This document shows, one piece after another, positions 17,490 to 25,684 of a stretch of DNA of 28,334 nt; position 1 is the first letter of the stretch, and each line of letters starts with the position of its first letter. A program made the translations under genes and the position numbers. The stretch comes from Spirulina sp. (GTDB taxonomy: Bacteria; Cyanobacteriota; Cyanobacteriia; Phormidesmidales; Phormidesmidaceae): contig JBIPSI010000048.1 of the NCBI GenBank assembly GCA_044070495.1, forward strand, positions 1-28,334, written 5' to 3'. Under the pieces are notes generated by a model. That model made no database searches. It was not told the DNA's origin and saw only the letters and a list, made by a program, of their open reading frames with translations.

Positions 17490-18881
17490 CTACTTGTGGG
17501 CGACGCCATCTACACGGGCGGCGTGTTTGACGGCGGAGGCCACCGCACTGGCGACTCGGTCATCAAACACCGAGGGGATGATGTGTTCGCGATTGAGATC
17601 CTGGGGACTGACGAGGTCAGCGATGGCCAGGGCGGCTTCCAGATACATGGAGGGAGTAATCTCGCGGGCGCGGCAGTCTAGGGCACCGCGCAACACGCCG
17701 GGAAAGGCCAGCACGTTGTTGATTTGGTTGGGGTAGTCGCTGCGTCCGGTGGCCATCACCGCCACCTTGTCGGACACCAGTTCCGGCTGAATTTCAGGAA
17801 TCGGGTTGGCCATGGCAAACACAATCGGGTCTTTGGCCATGGATTCCACCATGGCCACGGAGACCACCCCCGGCGCGCTAACGCCCAGGAAGATGTCGGC
17901 CCCCACCATGGCGTCGGCCAGGGTGCCGGATTCCTCTACGGCGAACTCTCGCTTTTGGGCGTTCAGATCATCGCGGCTGTGGGAGAGGATGCCCTTGGAA
18001 TCACACAGGATGATGCGGCTGGCCCCAGCCCGTTGCAGCAGTTTGGCGATGGCGACCCCGGCGGCTCCGGCACCGTTGATCACCACTTTGACCGTGGGCA
18101 GGGTTTTGCCCACCAGCTTGAGGGCATTGCTGAGGGCGGCCAGGGTGACGATGGCGGTACCGTGCTGGTCGTCGTGGAAGACGGGGATATCCAGTTCTTT
18201 CCTCAGGCGGGCTTCGATTTCAAAGCAGCGAGGGGCGCTGATGTCCTCTAGGTTAACGCCGCCAAACACCGGGGCCAACTGCTTTACGGCGGTGACGATG
18301 GCGTCGGTGTCTTGGGTGTCTAGGCAAATCGGGAAGGCATCGAGTCCGGCAAATTTTTTGAACAGTAGGGCTTTGCCTTCCATGACGGGCAAAGCGCCAG
18401 CGGGGCCAAGGTTGCCCAACCCCAGCACCGCGCTGCCGTCGGTAACAATGGCGATGGTGTTGCCCTTAATCGTCAGGTCAAACACACGGTCGGGATGTTC
18501 GGCGATTTCCAAGCATACCCGCCCTACCCCAGGGGTGTAGGCCATAGCCAGGTCGTCTTGGTGGTTGAGTTCCAGCTTGCTTTCGACGCTGATTTTGCCC
18601 CCCTCGTGGATTTTGAAGGTGCGATCACAAATATCTAGTACCTCAATGTCTTCCACGGCTTTGACCGCATTCACAATCTCCTCCACATGGTCTTCCCCGG
18701 AGGCATCCACATGGAGTTCCCGCACCACATCGTGGCGAGTGCGGCTGATTAGGGTTAAGTCGCCGAGATTGCCCCCGGCATCGGCAATGGCCTGGGTGAT
18801 ACGGGCCAACATCCCCGCCCGGTTGGGAATTCTCAAACGTAGACTGAGGCTGTAGCTAGAGTTCGGGGTCAGTTGTGCCAT
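17490..18881 (-). CDS. me: NAD(P)-dependent malic enzyme with N-terminal ACT domain
   Basis: MAQLTPNSSYSL..NRAGML (ACT), AYTPGVGRVC, VTDGSAVLGLGNLGP, PVMEGKA, NLEDI, FHDDQHGTA, NGAGAAG, ATGRSDYPNQINNVLAFPG. Confidence 0.95.
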   Translation of the reverse strand: MAQLTPNSSYSLSLRLRIPNRAGMLARITQAIADAGGNLGDLTLISRTRHDVVRELHVDASGEDHVEEIVNAVKAVEDIEVLDICDRTFKIHEGGKISVESKLELNHQDDLAMAYTPGVGRVCLEIAEHPDRVFDLTIKGNTIAIVTDGSAVLGLGNLGPAGALPVMEGKALLFKKFAGLDAFPICLDTQDTDAIVTAVKQLAPVFGGVNLEDISAPRCFEIEARLRKELDIPVFHDDQHGTAIVTLAALSNALKLVGKTLPTVKVVINGAGAAGVAIAKLLQRAGASRIILCDSKGILSHSRDDLNAQKREFAVEESGTLADAMVGADIFLGVSAPGVVSVAMVESMAKDPIVFAMANPIPEIQPELVSDKVAVMATGRSDYPNQINNVLAFPGVLRGALDCRAREITPSMYLEAALAIADLVSPQDLNREHIIPSVFDDRVASAVASAVKHAARVDGVAHK

Positions 18882-19200
18882 GCCAAAACCTGTAGACAAT
18901 CGCTGGGTATGAACGCTGGGTATGAAGGCGTTACGTAGGGAATCTTAAGCCTAAATTCACCCTCCCGTACCAACATCCTGCGGCCTGAGCCGGACAATAA
19001 CAGGCTTTCTTGACAACGACCAATAGCGGCTAGTTCGGCCTGGCTGGGGGGAGCGGCGGCATAGCGGCCATCAAATCGGTAAAGTAAACATAGGCGTTCC
19101 GGGTGTGATGGGCTGTCCAATGGATGGATTGTCTCGTTTTTGATCGCCTTTTCCCAGTTCTGCCGTCCTCAGTTATCGCCAACGTTGCCAAGTTGTTGCC

Positions 19201-19425
19201 ATGACCCAGCCCACGATTGATCCTACGACGCCTGATTCTGTTGATCCTGCCGCTACGACCGCCACCGTAGACCCCAAGGCCCCATCCCCCGAAGCCCCGC
19301 CCAGCTTTGTGAAACTGGCCATGCGAAACATGGTGAAGAAGGGCGGTAAATCCCTGTATCACTTTGCCCTAACCACGGCGGGTCTGTTGGGCCTGCTGGT
19401 GGGTTTGGCCTACCTGACGCGCTAG
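19201..19425 (+). CDS. DUF3285 family small membrane protein
   Basis: PPSFVKLAMRNMVKKGGKSLYHFALT..LAYLTR; lies upstream of ybeY. Confidence 0.88.
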   Translation: MTQPTIDPTTPDSVDPAATTATVDPKAPSPEAPPSFVKLAMRNMVKKGGKSLYHFALTTAGLLGLLVGLAYLTR

Positions 19426-19437
19426 GGGCTAAATTAA

Positions 19438-19968
19438 ATGACCATTACTCCAACCCCGTCTGACTCCGTTCTGGAGGTGCCCGTTCTGGAGGTCATCGTG
19501 GAGGGTCACCATCCCCAGGCCCAGGTGATTGCTGAGGGGGACTGGCAGGCTTGGTTTCAGCGGTGGGCCACCGAGGTGGAACTGCCGTCCTCGCCGCTGG
19601 GAGCCTACGAACTTTCCCTCACCCTCACCGATGACGCGGAAATTGCCGAGCTAAACAGCACCTATCGCCAGATGGATCGGCCTACGGATGTGCTTTCCTT
19701 TGCCGCTCTGGAGGATGAAACCCCCCTGGCCCCGGAACTGCTGGAAACGGAACCCCTGTACCTGGGGGATATCATCATTTCTTTGGATACGGCCCAGCGA
19801 CAGGCCGAGGCGGCGGGGCATTCCCTGGCCTGGGAAACGGTGTGGTTGGCCAGCCATGGGTTCCTGCATCTGCTGGGCTGGGATCACCCTGACGATGATC
19901 AGTTGGAAGCTATGCTGGCCAAGCAGGGAGATTTGCTGCGGATGATTGGCTTAGCTATCGCGAATTGA
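19438..19968 (+). CDS. ybeY: rRNA maturation endoribonuclease YbeY
   Basis: LNSTYR..DRPTDVLSF, LGDIIIS, HGFLHLLGWDH. Confidence 0.96.
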   Translation: MTITPTPSDSVLEVPVLEVIVEGHHPQAQVIAEGDWQAWFQRWATEVELPSSPLGAYELSLTLTDDAEIAELNSTYRQMDRPTDVLSFAALEDETPLAPELLETEPLYLGDIIISLDTAQRQAEAAGHSLAWETVWLASHGFLHLLGWDHPDDDQLEAMLAKQGDLLRMIGLAIAN

Positions 19969-20130
19969 CCAAATGGTTTGGATGTGTTGATGAATCGCTG
20001 GAAATCTTGATCGCTGGTGTAGACTAGCCTCGAAGCCAGGTCTATGCCGTGGCGTCATCAACGACTGCCGGAAAGACGGCGGTTGGCCCTGTATTCATCC
20101 CTACTGCCGATCCGTAGTGATCCCCCATTC

Positions 20131-20577
20131 ATGACTCCCTATCGCGAAAAATCCGACTCGGTATCCCCCCCCGATCTGGCTCGCCCCAGTCGTCCCCTGT
20201 CTTGGAAGGTGGCGAGTAATCTGCTGGTGAGCTTTCAGTATGCTTGGCAGGGGGTGAGCTATGCCTTTCGCACCCAGCGCAATTTTCGGGTGCATGTGGG
20301 GGTGGGGCTGCTGGCGGTGGGGCTAGCCATTGGCCTGGGGCTGAGTGCGGTGGAGGTGGCGGTGATCATCCTCACCTGTGGGGCGGTGATGACCATGGAA
20401 TTGCTGAATACGGCCCTGGAGTCGGTGGTGGATCTGACGGTGCAGCAGACGTACCACGAACTCGCTAAAATTGCCAAGGACTGCGCCGCCGCCGCCGTGC
20501 TGATGTCGGCCATAATTGCGGTTTCCGTTGCGGTTTGTTTACTGCTGCCGCCCCTCTGGCAGCGTTTTTTGGGATAA
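20131..20577 (+). CDS. dgkA: Diacylglycerol kinase family (DgkA-type) membrane protein
   Basis: SFQYAWQG, QRNFRVH, ELLNTALESVVDL, LAKIAKDCAAAAVL. Start is 20131 or 20044. Confidence 0.9.
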   Translation: MTPYREKSDSVSPPDLARPSRPLSWKVASNLLVSFQYAWQGVSYAFRTQRNFRVHVGVGLLAVGLAIGLGLSAVEVAVIILTCGAVMTMELLNTALESVVDLTVQQTYHELAKIAKDCAAAAVLMSAIIAVSVAVCLLLPPLWQRFLG

Positions 20578-20585
20578 CCCTGGCC

Positions 20586-21173
20586 ATGATTCTTGTCATT
20601 GATAACTACGATAGTTTTACCTACAACCTGGTGCAGTATCTGGGAGAACTGGGCCAAGAACTGCCCGTGGCCCAAGACCTCAAGGTGTATCGCAACGACC
20701 AACTTAGTCTTACAGAAATCAAGGCCCTGGCCCCCGATGGCATTGTGATTTCCCCCGGCCCTGGCACCCCGAACGATTCCGGGGTTTCCTTGCAGGTGAT
20801 TGAGGAACTTGGCCCCACGGTGCCAATTTTGGGCGTATGTTTGGGCCACCAAAGCATTGGCCAAGTGTTTGGCGGCAAAATTATCCGCGCCCCGGAACTG
20901 ATGCACGGCAAAACGTCGCCCATTCACCACAAAGGGCAGGGGGTGTTTGCGGGGCTAGACAACCCTTTCCAGGCCACCCGCTACCACAGCCTGGTGATTG
21001 AACCCCAGTCTTGCCCTGAGGTGCTAGAGGTAACCGCCTGGGTGGAGGACGGCACGATTATGGGGGTGCAGCATCGCCAATATCCCACCCTGCAAGGGGT
21101 ACAGTTTCACCCAGAGAGCATTCTGACCGACTCCGGCAAGCACATCCTACGCAACTTTCTGTGCTCAATCTAA
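20586..21173 (+). CDS. trpG: Anthranilate/aminodeoxychorismate synthase component II (glutamine amidotransferase)
   Basis: MILVIDNYDSFTYNLVQYL, ISPGPG, ILGVCLGHQ, TRYHSL, GVQFHPES. Confidence 0.95.
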   Translation: MILVIDNYDSFTYNLVQYLGELGQELPVAQDLKVYRNDQLSLTEIKALAPDGIVISPGPGTPNDSGVSLQVIEELGPTVPILGVCLGHQSIGQVFGGKIIRAPELMHGKTSPIHHKGQGVFAGLDNPFQATRYHSLVIEPQSCPEVLEVTAWVEDGTIMGVQHRQYPTLQGVQFHPESILTDSGKHILRNFLCSI

Positions 21174-21175
21174 AG

Positions 21176-21218
21176 GTTAGAACGTTCCAACGTTAGAACG
21201 TTCCAACGTTGGAACGTT
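21176..21218. repeat. Period-8 AACGTTnn array containing a perfect 22-bp palindrome
   Basis: GTTAG-AACGTTCC-AACGTTAG-AACGTTCC-AACGTTGG-AACGTT; 21197-21218 is self-complementary. Confidence 0.85.
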
Positions 21219-21265
21219 GTCTGAATGTCCTAGCTCAAGGGGCGATAGCGATACCAGAAAGGTGC

Positions 21266-23443
21266 CTAGGTGGCGGGGGGGATGACCCTGGCTTTGACCT
21301 GGGCGCGATGGAGGTGGCGGACGAGGCGTAGGGCTTGGTGGTGGTATAGGGGCTGGGGCAGGCGGGTGGGCAGGTGGCTCATCAACTGGCGGGCGAGACC
21401 GAGGTTGAGTCCGGTGATGCGGGCAATTTCTGAGGCTCCGTCAAAGCGGGCATCGGCGGTGAGGGCGGCTTCGACTTCGACGGCCCAAATCTTAGCGGCC
21501 AATCGCTGTTGTTCAATGCGGCGCAACCCGCTGATGGAGGCCAACATCACTAGGCGATCCTCCGGGTGGAGGACGGTATCTTCGGAGGGCATCACCTGGC
21601 CGGGATGGTGGGGGCGCTGGTGCCAAATAGGAACAACGCCATAGCCGTAGGCAACGTCGGACAGCAGCCGTCCGTGGAGGGTGTCCTGGGCTTCGATGGT
21701 GTATTGGGTGACCAAAACCGTTTGCTGATGCAGCCGAAAGAGGGCGATGACATCTTCTCCAAAGGCAGCCCCGGCAAAGGCTTCGGCGGAAATGGCGGAG
21801 GCACAAATGACCTGGGTGAAGGGAAAAATCTGGGCCACGCGGTCGGTGAAGCGCTGATCGTAGGTGCGGATAATGGCGCGGCAGTGGGGGTTGAGGCGGT
21901 GGGCCATGAGGCCCAGTTCGAGATTTTGAACTTCGTCGTCGCTGACGGCCACCACACTTTTGGCGGTGCCCAGGTTGGCTCGGTCTAGGGCGGTGGCAAT
22001 GTCTCCGGTGAGCAGGGGGATGGTGGGCAGTAGGTCGGTATCGGCCACCTGGGGCATAATGCCGACGACGGGCTGCTTCAGGTCTTGCAGCAGGCTCAAC
22101 ACCTGGCGTCCCACTCGGCCTAGCCAGATCACCACCACATGATCGCGCTCTGGAACCGGGGGGCGGCGTTCCATAAACTCAAACCGCAGGGAGAGGAGTT
22201 TTTCCGTCAGCAGGGCATAGAGCACCCCCACAAAGGCGGCCCCGGCCACGGTGAGCAGCAGACCAAAGCTTTGCAGCAGGCGGGGATGGTCAAATTCGGC
22301 CAGGGTTTCATAGACATCGCCGTAGCCGCCAAAGAGGGTAATAAACGTGAGCAGAAAGGCATCAAACCACGACAGTTCCGGCGGTGCATTGACATCGAAC
22401 AGCCCCGTTCCCAACAGACACAGGCCAACCACCGTTAGCCCACAGAGAATGGCGACTTGGCGAATTTGGTGAGATCGTCCGCCCCCTCGCCACAGGCGCA
22501 GCAGTTCGGCTTTGAGGCTAGACCACCGCCCCAAGAGGGCTAACGGGTTCCCTAGCCGCCGCCCCCGCTGCCGTGGCCCTAAGGGTTTCGCCTCTTCCCT
22601 AGGCAGTTGGGTGGCCGACTGGATCGGGGGGGCATCGCATTCCAGCACAATCACCTCATCGCCAATCTGGAGCAGGCTATCGGGTTGCCAGCGATAAAAC
22701 AAGGCTGACGGACTGTTTTGGCGGGACGGGTGGGGTTCTTCCTGGGGTGAGGTGTGGGAGAGCAGCCGACGCTGGCGACTGTTGATTTCGTGGAGGGGAC
22801 GGTGACGACACCAGGGATGCCCCACCCCTAGCCGCTGGCGCACCACCTGAAACCGATGGCCATCCAGGGTGAAGTAGCCGAGTAGGGTGTCTCCCAGGGC
22901 CTCTAGGGCGAAGGCCGGAGCGGCCAGTTGGGTTGGCTCGAAGGCGATGAAGTGATCGAGTTGCTGCTCCATTAACTCATTGAGGTTTTGCTGTTGGGAT
23001 CGCATCACCAACTGCACCTGGGGGTTCAGTACCCGTGCGGTTAGGGCCGCTTCGAGGTTGACCCGTTCATCCTGGGTCACCAACAACACGGCCCGACAAT
23101 GGCGCACCCCCGCCCGCTCCAACACCTCGCTAGAACGGCAATCGCCGATCACCAAATGATCAATCAACTCCGGCAGATCGGCGGTTTCCCACTGCTGGGG
23201 CCGGGTTTGGTTGACCGCATAGACGGGCACCCCAAAGGTTTTGAGGTTGACGACACAATGCTGCCCCAAACTGCCCAATCCGCAGACCAAAAACCCCGCC
23301 TGGGCTGTCACCTCCGGGGTTGGGGTGGCCTCGGTGCAGGGCTGCTGGGGCAAATCCGGATCTAGGGCGAAGGGGGCGGCATCAGGAGGGATCGCCATGC
23401 CAGAGAGAACGGCAGCATCAGAGGGAGCATCTTGGTCTTGCAT
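21266..23443 (-). CDS. K+ channel-like protein with two TrkA_N/RCK domains flanking a 2TM pore module
   Basis: FLVCGLGSLGQ (Rossmann 1), TM helices around TFITLFGGYGD, HVVVIWLGRVG (Rossmann 2) and a TrkA_C-like segment. Start uncertain; the ORF-track extension to 23737 runs through repeats and is unlikely to be coding. Confidence 0.85.
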   Translation of the reverse strand: MQDQDAPSDAAVLSGMAIPPDAAPFALDPDLPQQPCTEATPTPEVTAQAGFLVCGLGSLGQHCVVNLKTFGVPVYAVNQTRPQQWETADLPELIDHLVIGDCRSSEVLERAGVRHCRAVLLVTQDERVNLEAALTARVLNPQVQLVMRSQQQNLNELMEQQLDHFIAFEPTQLAAPAFALEALGDTLLGYFTLDGHRFQVVRQRLGVGHPWCRHRPLHEINSRQRRLLSHTSPQEEPHPSRQNSPSALFYRWQPDSLLQIGDEVIVLECDAPPIQSATQLPREEAKPLGPRQRGRRLGNPLALLGRWSSLKAELLRLWRGGGRSHQIRQVAILCGLTVVGLCLLGTGLFDVNAPPELSWFDAFLLTFITLFGGYGDVYETLAEFDHPRLLQSFGLLLTVAGAAFVGVLYALLTEKLLSLRFEFMERRPPVPERDHVVVIWLGRVGRQVLSLLQDLKQPVVGIMPQVADTDLLPTIPLLTGDIATALDRANLGTAKSVVAVSDDEVQNLELGLMAHRLNPHCRAIIRTYDQRFTDRVAQIFPFTQVICASAISAEAFAGAAFGEDVIALFRLHQQTVLVTQYTIEAQDTLHGRLLSDVAYGYGVVPIWHQRPHHPGQVMPSEDTVLHPEDRLVMLASISGLRRIEQQRLAAKIWAVEVEAALTADARFDGASEIARITGLNLGLARQLMSHLPTRLPQPLYHHQALRLVRHLHRAQVKARVIPPAT

Positions 23444-23491
23444 CGGCTTTGCACAGCGCTTATGCCATGGTTGTTGACAGGGGCGATAGTC

Positions 23492-23561
23492 GGCAGCGGT
23501 AAGCTTGGACGACGGTGATTTTGGGCAGCGGTGAACTTTGATCAACGGTGATTTTGAGCGA
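23492..23561. repeat. Four 16-17 bp direct repeats with a CGGTRA core upstream of the channel gene
   Basis: CGGT at 23497, 23513, 23529 and 23546; higher-order duplication of 23492-23523 / 23524-23556. Confidence 0.6.
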
Positions 23562-23625
23562 TGACATCCGCCACAGGTGCCCCTGCGCTGGATGGTCGTT
23601 ATCCTCTGCCCTAACACGCGGCTTC

Positions 23626-23755
23626 CTGGTTGACTGACCAAAGATCCTGCGCTGGACGCGGAAACCGCGCCCCTACAAGATTTGGATAATGTAGAGGTCA
23701 GGTCTCCTGACCCCTTGGCGGATATGGGTTCTCGCAAGTTTTGTCAGTCAACCTG
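23626..23755. mobile_element. MITE-like element, copy 3: same TIR family, different REP cargo
   Basis: CTGGTTGACTGACCAA (23626-23641) / TTTGTCAGTCAACCTG (23740-23755), 14 of 16 complementary. Internal GGACGCGGAAACCGCGCCCCTAC and GTAGAGGTCAGGTCTCCTGACCCC. Confidence 0.7.
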
Positions 23756-23830
23756 CACGGCTCCTTCAGAGACTGCTTCTCACAATAGTCTGAACCAGGA
23801 GTTCGTGGCGGTATTCTGCAACGCTATCCC

Positions 23831-24619
23831 CTAGGCGCGGGACACATCCCGTTGGGCGATGGGGTGACTGTGGCTGTGGCTGTGGTGACCGCTCCAAGCT
23901 TGCTCGGCCTGGGCGGGGGTGGCTAGCCACTGGGCGAGGAAGCGGCGTAACCATTGCTCCACCCCCTGCCGATAGAGGCGATGGTGGCTGATGTGGTGGG
24001 CGCGGCTTTGGGCACCGGGATAGGCCAGGTGATCGGCCCCTTCGGTCGTCCAGTGGTTGACCATCACCGTGGTAATTTCTGGGTGAAATTGCAGCCCATA
24101 GGCCCGTCGGTAGCAAAACGCTTGGTGGCGAAAGGCGCATCCCTTGGCCAAAAGATGGGATCCGTGGGGTACTTCAAAGCCCTCCTGATGCCACTGATAC
24201 ACCACCATGGGCTGGGGCAGAAAGGCCCGACCTACTGCCGTAGGCACAATGGGGTAATAGCCCACTTCCCGAAGTCCGTCCGGGTGAGGAGCCACCTTCG
24301 CCCCTAGGGTGCGGGCCAAGAGCTGTGCCCCCAGGCAAATACCCAGGTAGGGTTTTTGGGCGGCTAAGACTTGGGGAATCCAGTCGAGTTCTTGCCGGAT
24401 AAAGGGCAGATGGTCGTCGTTGGCGCTCATGGGGCCACCAAACACCAGGGCGGCACTGTAAGCGTCTAGGCTCGACGGCAGCGTATCCCCCACCGCCAAA
24501 CAGCGAATATCCAGGGCATAGCCCATCTCCGCCAAAATGGCCCCGATCAGGCCAGGATTTGAGGTGGCCTGGTGAACAACGGTGAGAATTGGCAGCGGGC
24601 GCTGGAACGGCATTGACAT
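23831..24619 (-). CDS. Class I glutamine amidotransferase (GMP-synthase-like, standalone)
   Basis: VFGGPMSANDD, YLGICLGAQLLA, YQWHQEGF, YGLQFHPE (Cys-His-Glu triad). Confidence 0.9.
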   Translation of the reverse strand: MSMPFQRPLPILTVVHQATSNPGLIGAILAEMGYALDIRCLAVGDTLPSSLDAYSAALVFGGPMSANDDHLPFIRQELDWIPQVLAAQKPYLGICLGAQLLARTLGAKVAPHPDGLREVGYYPIVPTAVGRAFLPQPMVVYQWHQEGFEVPHGSHLLAKGCAFRHQAFCYRRAYGLQFHPEITTVMVNHWTTEGADHLAYPGAQSRAHHISHHRLYRQGVEQWLRRFLAQWLATPAQAEQAWSGHHSHSHSHPIAQRDVSRA

Positions 24620-24744
24620 TGCGGCGTGTTACTAACCAGGGGATCACAATATCCCTACCTTAGCCTACGTCCTGGTCTGAAACAGCCCACCCTGAGCGGA
24701 TTGTGGATTTTGGTGCTGGCATCAAGAATTTCCCAGCCCATACC

Positions 24745-24818
24745 TCAGTAGGGGCGTACCGCCGTACGCCCATCTATTTAGTTAGACATCAGTAGGAGCG
24801 CACCGCCGTACGCCCATC
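24745..24818 (+). repeat. Direct doublet of GTAG-type REP hairpins
   Basis: TCAGTAGGGGCGTACCGCCGTACGCCCATC (24745-24774) and TCAGTAGGAGCGCACCGCCGTACGCCCATC (24789-24818); 28 of 30 identical, 14-nt spacer. Confidence 0.85.
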
Positions 24819-24834
24819 CCAAAGGGAGCCAAGG

Positions 24835-25641
24835 TCAGAGAGGGATTTCGGCGATAGTTTCCAGATTTGGAACGGGGGCCAACAGCGGATCCACCGGAGC
24901 CTCCGTGCGTTGACACCGCAGGGCAAAGGGGCATTGAGAACAGTGGCCTTTTGCCGCATCCACTTTGCGGAAGTCCTGGGTGGCGAGGAGGCCATCCAAG
25001 TGGGTGATCAGCCGTTTTAGGTCGCGGGTGGTGGCCCGGTGTTTGGATTGCGAATAGGTGAGGGTCACCGCACCTGGTCGAGAGGCTTTGCGCTCGGTGG
25101 GGCCAGCGGGCGGCGGCACAAACCAGTAGGTCATCGACAGTTGGGCGGGATCAAGGTCGGTGGTTTCTGCCAGCACATAGAGGTAGAGGCGAGTTTGCCA
25201 ATCCTTGGCCAGTTGGGGTTTGCGGGGGCGCTGGCGATAGGTTTTCCAGTCAATAATGTGGCCGCTGTGGGGGGTGAGGCGCAGGAGGTCGTACACCACG
25301 GTGAGTTCGTACGGCCCCCAGGCTAGGCTGCGGCGATGTTCGCTCTGGCGGAGGAGTTCTGGCTCAGCGGGGTTGCTGGTGGGGCCAAACCAGTCGGGGG
25401 CCTGTTCTTCTAGGGCGCGGATGGCGTTGGCTAGCTCTGGGTCTTGGGCCAACAGCGCATCCAGGGAAAGGCCCATCTCCCGCTGCTGCATGGCGAGGTG
25501 AAAGCGGGTGCCCCATCGCTGGCGTTCTAGCATTTCCGGGTCTTCGGGGGCGGCGAGTTGATCGAGGTAGGTGTATTGCAAACGACGGTGACAGAGATCG
25601 AGGAGCTTCAGGTGTCCTTGGGTGAGGGTGGTGAGGGCCAT
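24835..25641 (-). CDS. PD-(D/E)XK nuclease, AddB/Cas4-like with a Cys cluster
   Basis: LCHRRLQY, GTRFH, VVYDLL, IIDWKT, QTRLYLY, CSQCPFALRC. True start likely ATG 25641 (MALTTLTQ). Confidence 0.88.
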   Translation of the reverse strand: MALTTLTQGHLKLLDLCHRRLQYTYLDQLAAPEDPEMLERQRWGTRFHLAMQQREMGLSLDALLAQDPELANAIRALEEQAPDWFGPTSNPAEPELLRQSEHRRSLAWGPYELTVVYDLLRLTPHSGHIIDWKTYRQRPRKPQLAKDWQTRLYLYVLAETTDLDPAQLSMTYWFVPPPAGPTERKASRPGAVTLTYSQSKHRATTRDLKRLITHLDGLLATQDFRKVDAAKGHCSQCPFALRCQRTEAPVDPLLAPVPNLETIAEIPL

Positions 25642-25684
25642 GGCGAAGTCAGCCGATTTGGGGCGGCAGGGTTGGCGACGATGG

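Noticed and set aside
17806..18540. Long antisense/shadow ORFs (also 1427-2023, 2723-3289, 4766-5311, 20259-20930 and others)
   Set aside because: They lie opposite or within well-supported genes, as expected from GC-rich codon bias, and show no motifs.
23444..23737. 98-aa N-terminal extension of the channel ORF (823-aa version)
   Set aside because: It starts at a TTG inside the MITE-like element, crosses tandem repeats and has no domain-like character.
24745..24818. Mini CRISPR array beside a Cas4-like gene
   Set aside because: Only two 30-bp units with a 14-nt spacer; the units are GTAG-led REP hairpins; no cas1/cas2 or leader is present.
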